From Pelomyxa schiedti (lineage: Eukaryota > Protista > Evosea): a stretch of DNA of 28,800 bases. A program made the position numbers and the translations under genes. Where the stretch lies: positions 1-28,800 of the forward strand of contig JAHLWZ010000516.1 of NCBI GenBank assembly GCA_020536535.1. The letters run 5' to 3'. Below, in pieces: positions 9,308 to 17,752 of this stretch. Under the pieces are notes generated by a model, which was given only the letters and a program-made list of their open reading frames with translations, ran no database searches and had not been told where the DNA came from. Numbering within the stretch: position 1 is the stretch's first letter; every line of letters starts with the position of its first letter.

Positions 9308-10833
9308 TTACCAAGTGAGGAGGGTTTCATCAAAACCCACTTGATCATACAAATCCATGAGAGCAGACTGCATGGATTGCACCAACATTTGTGCTTGGGT
9401 CTCATCCTGCATATAGTTGTGGGGTCCCTCAAACCTTTTTTGTTGCTATGAGGAAATGAGTTATGGGTGATTAAGAACATACACAGTGGGGCCAATTAGT
9501 TGCTGATTGGAATGTTTTTGCCATGCTTCCATGTTGGCAAGGCTAAGAGTGTGGTCCGACTTACCGAGAAAAGTAAAAATGGGACAGTCAAAGGGTGTGG
9601 TCTCGTCATCCTGGTATTGGAAATTCTCATACGCAACGAAGTCAGCTTTCACAACTGCAAATCAGCACAACGCTTTGTCACTGTTTTTGTTTCCCACAAA
9701 TTCATTGGGAGAAAGTAAGAGCCATACCTTTCATTAGGGCAGGAACGGAATCGGGCTTTTCATTAATGAGTTTGCGTACATTATTGTCTTCGTACTTGGT
9801 GGCCAGTGCTGTTGCAAATTGCTATTTTACCAGTTCATGAATGACTTTTAAAGGAGTAAAGTGGCACACCATCGGGTCCTCAATCGTGCATAGCCTTCGT
9901 GCTGGGTTTTTTGGATCCTTTAGGTGGGCAGCCTTTCTACCACTTAGGAACATTGCCAACGGCTCAGCAATGTCAGGTTCAATCCGCTTCATTTGTCTAC
10001 ACACTTCAAAGCCCAGTAGGGCTCCCATACTTTGACCAAAGATAGCATACGGTCTGTCAATAATTTTGACAAGAAGACTCGCAACACCCTGTTTGGGGAG
10101 GCCATTAGAAACTAAAAGGGTAAACATAAAGCAGATTGGATAATAACCTTTACAATATCATCAAAGTTAGTGATCAATGTTTCATCATACCTCGAGAAGT
10201 GTCCAGGGAGCTCAAGTGCACAAACTCTAATACTGGAATTGAACCACGTGTCCCATTTCCTGTAATCTGCAAGCCACCTTAACCAACATCATAATAGTAA
10301 TAACAGTAACAACAACAACAATAATAAAAAGGCATTCACCAAAAAATACAACAGCAACAGAAACAGCAACAGCAACAACACCCCCAAAACATGGCACAAC
10401 AGCACAGCCACGCACCCGAGGCATTGCCCCCGGCACAGTGGAAGCAAAACAGCAGAACCTGAGGGAGGCTCTTGCCCGCCCCCCCCGCGTCCCCCAGCCT
10501 CGCCACCCACGGCGCCCGGGGCTCCAGCGTCCCAGGGTACGCCGTGCCATTCCCCGACACCCTGGGCCTTGCTTTGCCCCCGGCCCCCTCCGTACTCTTC
10601 TTCTCGTCGCCCTGCTGCTGCGTGTCCGCGCCACTGTTGCTGCCGGTTGAGGTCGCGCTGGTGTTGGTGGTTGGGATGCATGCTGCGGGGTCGTGGGTCG
10701 TGCTGGAAGGAGGGGCAGTTGGTTTGGTGGTGGTTGTGGTGTCGGGTGTGGGGTGTTGTTCCTCTGGAGGTGGAGCACTTTGAGCAACCCTTGCTCTCTT
10801 CGGGCCGTGCGGTTGCTGCACGGTATCACTCAT
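9308..10833 (-). CDS. Type II (OLAH-like) thioesterase, alpha/beta-hydrolase fold, six exons of about 380 aa, with a long low-complexity N-terminal exon
   Basis: The model is complement(join(9308..9445,9485..9654,9728..9794,9831..10111,10192..10260,10416..10833)), 1143 nt with consistent phases. Exon 1 is T/P/S-rich, then reads KSLPQVLLFCFHCAGGNASG (compare OLAH ICFPWMGGGSTHFAKW). Exon 3 carries the nucleophile elbow LLVKIIDRPYAIFGQSMGALLGFEV. That is GQSMG where OLAH has GHSMG. Exon 5 reads VVKADFVAYENFQYQDDETTPFDCPIFTFLGKSDHTLSLANMEAWQKHSNQQ, compare OLAH FVGSEDIAKDMEAWKDVT. Exon 6 reads QQKRFEGPHNYMQDE... as the GGHFYL-like tail. The exon3/exon4 junction (HEL|YEDNNVRKLINEKPDSVPALMK) and the choice of exon 5 donor (9479 or 9485) are the least certain. 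Intron 1 (10261-10415) contains an (AAC/AGC)n microsatellite. Confidence 0.75.
10290..10381. repeat. Trinucleotide (AAC/AGC/AAT)n microsatellite
   Basis: The sequence is aataacagtaacaacaacaacaataataaa...caacagcaacagaaacagcaacagcaacaaca. It lies within intron 1 of the thioesterase gene, on the minus strand. Confidence 0.9.
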
Positions 10834-11890
10834 GGAGGAAAAGTGTGCAAAAAGAAATTTCCTCTTCCCATTATTCAGGGCACCGTTGTTGAAAAAAAAT
10901 TCAACAAAATAAGCACTGAGAAAAAACGAAAACGAAGACAAAGGAAAAGAAAGGGGCGGGAAGGCATGCAAACTGTGATGCTGTATTTCACACAAACTTC
11001 TGGAGTGGTGCCTTCATGGGGGAGGGTGCGGACAGACCCAACATTGGGGGGCTTGCCCCGCTTGGCAGTGGACAGTCGGCCCTCCCACTTGACTTCTGAC
11101 TCTCCCTTGCTCTACTTTGTGAATTCTTTTTTGTTTTTTTGAAACTATCACAGTGATTGTTCCGTTTTAATTATTTCACAAGTTGTGGTTATATGAAGGG
11201 ATGCTGTCAAGTTCAATTGCCGTCACTGTTGCTCCCCCAATTCTACAATCATAGCAGCGTGAGCTTAGTGTTGCTTGCCAAGCTCACCCCAGATACTAGT
11301 GTGACTGTGGTTTCATTCCGCGGCATTGTGAGGAAGAACTCACTTACAAATGTGGCTGATGGAGGCCTCACTTGTACTCGGACTTGGTTATTTCCGCCAT
11401 CATATTGCAGCTGTAAGAGAAACATTGGATGGAAGTCAAAAAATGTGTATATAAGAGGATTATACCCTGAGAGCAGTGCCAGGAACTAGTTGGGGAATGT
11501 TGGGTTCATCCTTTCCGCAAACCCTCCAGCTTTTAGTTTTGCAGCAAAAAGTTACACCAATGGTAGTGTATGACATTGTTTCCCCAAAGCAGCTTTCGCC
11601 GGTAAGTGGAAACACAGACGATGCAACTCCAAAACTGATACAACTTTGGTCACCCAGGGTATCAATGACAACCTCAAGGCACACTCTGTAGAATGTTTGT
11701 CATAGATACCAGTATTGGTTGCACATACTTTTCTGTAGCTGCAAACTGACTGGAAAAAGCCTTGGGGAAGTTTCCTTTATCGCCAACTCGTTGTATGGTA
11801 CGGCGATCAGAAGAAATGGTGAGCGAACGTGAGACCCTGAGTGAAATGACATTGAAATTTAAATTAAGGTGGCATACAAAGCCCACTCCG

Positions 11891-13021
11891 TTACTCTCCG
11901 GAAAGTACTTGTACCTTAGTGGTTATGAGAAAGAGTAAGCAAGGAAGATGGTGACTCTTCAGTTTCTGTATTTCATCTTCGTGTATTTCGACTTGCGTCA
12001 TGAGTTTTTGTATGAGAGCACTTTGAGTGGATAGCTGATCCAGTAAACGAGAAAAAAACGGTTGAAGTTTCGCAAGATTGCAGCTGGCACAGTGTGCAGG
12101 CAACTCTGACCTTACACCTTTCCAGGAGCAACAGTCTGTGAAACTTCCAGGGCAACGAATAACTTTCATGGGACAAACATTCATTTCATGTTTATCCTGA
12201 TCCAGGGGTGCTATTTTCGAGCCACATCCAAGCCTGCACACTGTTGAACGAGACATCAGTAACTACTTGAGGTTCTGTGCATGTGGAGGGCAATATAAAC
12301 ATTTAAAAAAAGAGCTTAATTGGTAAAACGGGAGGCCATACATATTGGACAACTTGGAATGTGTTCTGTATCCAGTTTGGCTCTGGGAACCAAGACACCG
12401 CAGTTTGGACAGCTTATTGGGATGACAGGGCAAACGGTATCATGCATGCGTTGTTGAGATGGTTTCACCAGTTTATTACATCCATTGATACATTCTGTAC
12501 AAAGGAGAAAGGTTAAGAGACTGGAGCAAAAAACTTTGAGTGCTGAACCAATGGGGCATTCTGGAGTGTGACTGCCAATTTCAGCTCTTCTGAAAGTCTT
12601 TCTGCACCCAAGGCAATATACCTCAAGGGAATCCAGTTTAGAAAGCATAGTCTTGTTTGTAGCAAGCTGGCTCTCATTTACATCCTCAGTGCAAGTAGGG
12701 CATTCAGATATCTGGAAAAGAAGCCGCCTTAGTTACCAAAAAGATTATTTCCCACACTTCCACATGGACAAAAATCACATAACAGATCCCCTCACAAAAA
12801 CGTGGCCGCACCTCATTTTTGCAGGCAGAGCACAGCCATTCCCCGCAAGAGTGCACAAGAGGAATTGTGGGAGGCAGGTGGCAAACAACGCACAAACGAG
12901 GGAAGCTGCTAGCATTCACGTACTCGTACGACGCCCCTGCACCTCCGCCTCCTCCTGAGGAGAACAAGGATGGCAAGGATGACAGGTGCGCGTGGTGATG
13001 CTTCCTGTCTGAGGTTAACAT
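11891..13021 (-). CDS. TRAF-type zinc-finger protein with a degenerate N-terminal RING, a coiled coil and a hydrophobic C-terminal tail, three exons, 313 aa
   Basis: The model is complement(join(11891..12240,12330..12711,12812..13021)), 942 nt. Exon 1 ends at ...LCVVCHLPPTIPLVHSCGEWLCSACKNE with a GTGCGG donor. It splices onto a strong cttcttttccag acceptor to give ISECPTCTEDV.... The resulting RING-like motif is C-x2-C-x11-C-x4-C-x2-C-x6-C-x2-C, with Glu where TRAF6 has the conserved His (compare PCGHRFCKAC). Exons 2-3 encode repeated TRAF-type zinc fingers: CLGCRKTF..HTPECP, SCPNCGVLVPRAKLDTEHIPSCPIC, CRLGCGSKIAPLDQDKHEMNVCPMKVIRCPG..CCSWKGVRSELPAHCASC. A coiled coil follows (LQPFFSRLLDQLSTQSALIQKLMTQVEIHEDEIQKLK), and the protein ends HHLPCLLFLITTKVQVLSGE*. 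No MATH domain was found downstream. Confidence 0.7.
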
Positions 13022-13319
13022 GGTGACGTTGGTTGGTTGTTTGTTTGTTGTGTGAAGGTTTGGGGCTTTGTTTTTTTTTTTGGTTAGTGGTGCGTGAGAG
13101 GCTCCTTAACGAGGTTGGTGTTTTGGTTTTTATTTTTTTTCTTGTGGAAGCTCCTGAAACGCACGTGGTAGAGCCCGCCGTGAGTGAATTTAAATTGGGG
13201 TTGTGTCAGAGATCAAGGCGAAAAAAAGCGGTGGTTTTTCACTCATTTTCTTCTAGGTGCACGTTTTTTTGAGTGTACAGGTTTTCTCTTGCCTTTTGTT
13301 GTGGACCATTTTTGGGAGC

Positions 13320-14096
13320 TCAAAGTGGCAAATACAGGCAAAAGGCGTCGACACCATTGAGGTAGTACCTCTTGAGGCGTTTTACTTTGAGGAACCCAAG
13401 GGATGTGTAGAGTCCCAATGAGCCTTGGTTTGTAACTTCAGTTTCTAGTACAACCTCGTCACACTTGTCCTCTAGCATTCTGCTTATTACGGATTTGACA
13501 AGAGCCGACCCTAAAATAGATGGTTGTTGGGAATCGTAAACAATTGTATGGCGATAAGTCAAACCTATTCCTTGCTTTCTCCAAGCTTTATCTACAGCAA
13601 GCATTGCAATATACCCTCTCATGGTGTCACGTTTAGATCTATCAAGTTTGCACACAATAGCACCAACACACTTGCCTGTTTGCTTGTCTCTAGCCTTCAT
13701 TGATTAGATTTTGTTTACCCCATAACGCAAACTACCAAAAAAACCAAGATTTACATACAAAAAAAAAAAAAAAAAGAGAAAGAGTAAGAAACAAACCAAC
13801 AAACACAATGAAGGCCAGTTGTGTATGAAATATCTATATGTGAACACAGAGTAGGGCTCGCTGAGCTCCAGCTCCATCAGGGCCATGATCTCCCCGAGGT
13901 CCATGTCGTCCCTGTACGCGTCGATGCGCCACATCGCGCCAGCCATCCTCGCCGCGTCGGCCGCGGCAGCCGCCTCCATCTGCATGCGCCTCTGCCTCGC
14001 CAGCTCCTCCGCCCTGCCCCCCTCGCCCCCGTTGCTGTGATCGTGGTGGTGGGCCCCCGCCCCGCTCCCGTGCTCATGGCCGCACCCGCACGACAT
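13320..14096 (-). CDS. NAA30: N-alpha-acetyltransferase 30 (NatC catalytic subunit, Mak3)-like GNAT acetyltransferase, two exons, about 224 aa
   Basis: The model is complement(join(13320..13694,13797..14096)). Exon 1 has a G/H/A-rich N-terminus, then [43 protein letters not shown] with a GTTTGT donor. Exon 2 reads [106 protein letters not shown]. This is nearly collinear with human NAA30: [24 protein letters not shown]...[10 protein letters not shown]...[10 protein letters not shown]...GIG...DEVVLETE...[15 protein letters not shown]. The intron contains an A18 run (13758-13775), which is a polypyrimidine tract on the coding strand. Confidence 0.85.
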
Positions 14097-14208
14097 TCTG
14101 GTCGATACGCCTGGTCAAGGCCGAATCCAAATCTTTTTTTTTTTTTGAATCAAGCCACACAGACGACAAACATTTCACAGTGGTGATAACCACGAGCGCT
14201 ATCGACAA
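14097..14208. promoter_or_regulatory. Putative bidirectional promoter between NAA30 (minus, ATG 14096) and the low-complexity gene (plus, ATG 14209)
   Basis: Only about 112 bp separate two divergently oriented start codons. The spacer contains a T13 run (14136-14148). Confidence 0.4.
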
Positions 14209-17200
14209 ATGCAGCCGACAGGCGGGACAGGGCGCGGAGCAGCACACCGGTCCAGCGGCGGCGGTGGCCGTGCACAGCCCGATAATGATAATCTGCAGCA
14301 CCCGGCGCTCGACGCGGGGGAAGAAGAGGAAGAAGAAGCGCCCCCGCCATGGCTGGAGCAGCACTTGGCGTCCTTGAGTGCCTCGGGCATTGACCCCACC
14401 CAGTTAGGCTTAGACCTCAACTTCCCACAGCGCCACGGCCACCAGCCACAGCAGCAACAGCAACATCGCCAGCAACAACAACAGCAGCAACCTTATCAAC
14501 AACAACCGAGAGGCGTTGGCGTCGGCGTAGGCGTAGGCGTCGGGCCGGATTATGCTCATCTTGACCCCGTTGTCAACTTGTTCGCTCAGTATCCGAATGG
14601 CTTCGACCACAACGCCTTCACATTCCTCCTGGACTCTCCTCCGACGGATACTAACGTCGGCACCTCCTCCGCTGGTACATCGACACCCACTGCAACTTCG
14701 ACTTCTACATCCGCCTATGCATCTACTACGACGAGGAGGTGTTCTTCCACTTCATCTCCTGTTATTAATACTTGTTCCGCTTCCGCTTCTGCTTCTTCTT
14801 CGAGTTTGTATCCTCCCAGTGGTGGAACAATTGGCACTGTGAGGAAGGGTTTGGGCTCAGCACTTCCTGGAACTTCCAACACCAACGCTTCGTCGCTGTC
14901 GCTGCCTAGCGCTGGAATTCCGGTGAATATATCACCCCATTTGCCACCTGTCTCCACTGCAACAAGTTCTTCCACTCCTCTATCTAGTGCTACTCCTGCA
15001 TCATCAAGTGCTCTTCCTGCTACAGGAGGGGCCACAATGGCGGTGGATAAAAGAGGGGTGGACAGGAGTGAGGTTAACAATATGGGGGAGAGTGATCAAA
15101 CCGTGGACGGCAGTGCTTTTGGATTTGGATTTGGTTTTGATTTTGGTTTTAGTTTTGGTGTCAGTGGTGGAAGTGAAGGCAACAGAGCTCGTTCCATTGG
15201 AAGTAGTGGTAGTCCAGACGATCCAATGCATGGAGATCAGACCCCCGCTCCTTTTTTGCCTGTTCCAAGTCAGAAATTCACCTGTGTTGAATTCCCAGGG
15301 TAACAGTTTCCTTCTTTTTTTTTTTTTTTTTTTTGAGAATGTACTCTCGTCTTGATGCGGGGCTACAATCTCTACATGTAGTACTATTTACACTGTTGCA
15401 GGGCAATTACAGGTGACGTTCAAAATGCACTTGCCTCGTTTGGAGGCGCCACTGCTGTTTCTTCTGCTCTACGGTGTCATCATGCCGGCAAATATGACAA
15501 TATGCTTCAATTCGCCCCTCGTGGTGGTCTGTTTGCAAGGCCTGCATATGCTCACAGAAAAGTTGCATGCAACATGCTCCTGCAAGTGAAGCACACAAAA
15601 CCCAGGCTTAATTCAAGTCCGACATCTTCGTCAATACCTGAAGAGGCAGACGAGAGGAAGGTTGCGAGTGCTGAAATTATTGGTGTTATTGATAGCGTGT
15701 TTCAATTCTCAGGACTATTTGACTTTCAGGTCAGATTGCCACGGTTTTTTTTGCTTCCACTCACTTGGTGCAGTTCATTGTTCAAGAGTCTGCAATGGAC
15801 GAAGAATCCCTTGTAGCAGACACCTTGTTGAACATCCCTCCCCCTGTGGGTATATCAAGTCTGTTTATTCCCTCATTTTAATTCAGGTATTTTCTCGTGT
15901 TGATAGGCCAATTCCCTATCGTTTCCGACCAAACCCACTTTGGAAGGCTGAAAAATCTCCGTCGGGGTCTACAGAGGCCATGTCGTTCAAGCTGAAAGTG
16001 AGGTAACTGCTCTCTGGTCCCAATCCCAATCTTGAAGTCCTTCCTCACTGCATCCTTAGCCAGAAGAGGAGAGCACTCACTTTGCTTCCCTTCAATGCTC
16101 CCATACTTATGCAAGCACCTCTAGAAACCTTTCCCAGTCTTCGACCCGGCGATTCAGCCATTATGGAGCCTCTCACTGCACTATTCAAGGCCAGGTACCA
16201 GTTGCATTAAGCTGCTTTTTCTCAATCACACCAGATTTGTGTGGTCGCAAGGTTGCCTTCACGAAGCTCTGAGTAAAACCATTCTAGTGCCCTTAAAAAC
16301 ACTGAGGAGACTTCTGCCATACGTTGCCTTCCGTTTTCAGGGAGGACCTTGGCGAACTGCACTTGTGGCCTATGGCTATGACCCAAGAAAGGTTTCTTGT
16401 AAATAAAATAGATCCGATCTCAAAAAATGCAGGACCCCGCGAGTAGAATACACCAGGTGATAACGGCAACCACTCTTTAATACTGTTTTCACATTGACAC
16501 AGACAAAGGGGCGTACTGCATCTAACTTACTTGCGTTAGGTTGGTGAATTACGAATCCGGGAAGCTCTTCCAAAAAAAAGTACCGTAATGGAGCAGTACT
16601 TTCCCCGACAAAGAAGGCAGCTCTCAGTTTCCCTTGAAGTATCACACTCCACTGTGTTTTCTGTTTAATTGAATCAAGGACCTTTCACAAGGGGATCTGC
16701 CTGACCTTTCCAAAGAAGTTGATCATGATACATTCAGACTGCGAAGCAAACCATACCAGCAAACCTTCACTTACATGTTCTCTGATATTGACAATGTAAA
16801 TATGCAGCGGCTTCTAGCAGAAGTACCCCCTCTTGGTCAGTGTACTGCTAAATACGGCTGGCTGCCACTGATTGCCTGCAAGGCTCTCTTTGAGATTGCC
16901 CGAAAAATGGCAATAGGATTGGCAAGGGGTTGTCCCCAAAACGAGGTTAATTCCCTTTTTTCCGTACGAAGAAAAATTCTTCAGATTCTCAACGCCGGCT
17001 TAGGTTTCCAATTATGGCAAAGAGGAAGCCGATGCAGTGCTAGAGCAGCTGCGCAACAAAAAGCCAGACGACCTCCTGGCCGAAACCTCCGCAAGCAAGC
17101 CGGCATTCCCACATCTCAGTGTATATGCCGCCGTAGCAGCAGCAACACCCATGATGCTACCCCCTGTAAGTGACAAAAACCTCCTCAGTGCCGAATCCCT

Positions 17201-17498
17201 TGAAGCCCTTCAAAAAATGAGCACAGTTGCAACATCTTCAACAGCTTCAACAGCAACATCTACTTCCACTACAACTTCAACTTCAGCAGCACCCAACACA
17301 GATACAGGGGCCACATTCGGCCCGGTTCATCAACAAACAACCAAACTGGATGCAAACAGTATATTTGAAAACCTCAGGGTTCCTTCTCCTGAGCAGCTAC
17401 AACAGATGCTACAAAGTATGGTTGATGGTGATGCATATGTACCCCTAGATTCTGGTGATGAGGCAAACAATGATACAGAGGATGAGGAAGATGCCTGA
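14209..17498 (+). CDS. Large multi-exon gene (at least 9 exons) encoding a low-complexity polyQ / S-T-rich / FG-dipeptide protein with conserved-looking C-terminal blocks, function unassigned
   Basis: Exon 1 is 14209..15299 (364 codons: acidic run, Q-rich tract, a (GV)5 tract from a GGCGTN hexamer repeat at 14512-14545, S/T-rich tracts, and FGFGFDFGFSFG from a TTTGGN repeat at 15118-15150), ending at a GG|GTAACA donor. Exon 2 is 15402..15729 (AITGDVQNALASFGG...VIDSVFQFSGLFDFQ). Exon 3 is 15887..16002 (VFSRVDRPIPYRFRPNPLWKAEKSPSGSTEAMSFKLKV, donor AG|GTAACT). Open, phase-compatible exons follow through 16058-16680. Then come 16679..16945 (…EVDHDTFRLRSKPYQQTFTYMFSDIDNVNMQRLLAEVPPLGQCTAKYGWLPLIACKALFEIARKMAIGLARGCPQNE) and 17004..17498 (VSNYGKEEADAVLEQLRNKK...acidic tail DSGDEANNDTEDEEDA*). 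Intron 1 carries a T20 run (15315-15334) before its acceptor. The exact middle exon boundaries are not confirmed. These could be two adjacent genes instead of one. Confidence 0.5.
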
Positions 17499-17752
17499 AA
17501 TGGTGCCCAAATAAAGAAAAAAAAGGTGAAATTACAAACAAGTTTTTATTTTTTTACATGTTAGTTTTCACCCCCTTTGTTTGTTGGTGCTTCATCCCCC
17601 TGGATTCTTCTTTGAACTCGCTCAAGCACAATTGCATAGTTCTTTGCTATCCAGGTGTCACTTTTGCATTCCTGGATGAGAGCTTCAACAGTGCTCTTAT
17701 CACCACCAAGCAAGCCATCATATATATTATTGAATAGCTGGGCGACCTGTGC

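Noticed and set aside
9557-9572. acttacc motif suggesting a U1 snRNA-like 5' end, and a general scan for tRNA (GTTCGANTCC) and snRNA hallmarks
   Set aside because: The motif is just the complement of a GTAAGT splice donor in the thioesterase gene. No T-loop or Sm-site-containing candidate with an appropriate secondary-structure context was found anywhere in the window.
10227-10829. Alternative-frame ORFs 10227..10829(-), 10289..10681(-) and several plus-strand ORFs over 10438-10892
   Set aside because: They lie in off-frames of the thioesterase exon 1 and intron 1 region (GC-rich plus microsatellite). They give P/Q/R-rich low-complexity translations.
11460-11886. Minus-strand ORFs 11674..11886 and 11460..11684 as a possible MATH-domain exon of the TRAF-like gene
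   Set aside because: The translations (…VISLRVSRSLTISSDRRTIQRVGDKGNFPKAF…) do not match the MATH/TRAF-C pattern. No phase-consistent splice from 11915 or 11891 was found. This is likely 3' UTR or intergenic sequence.
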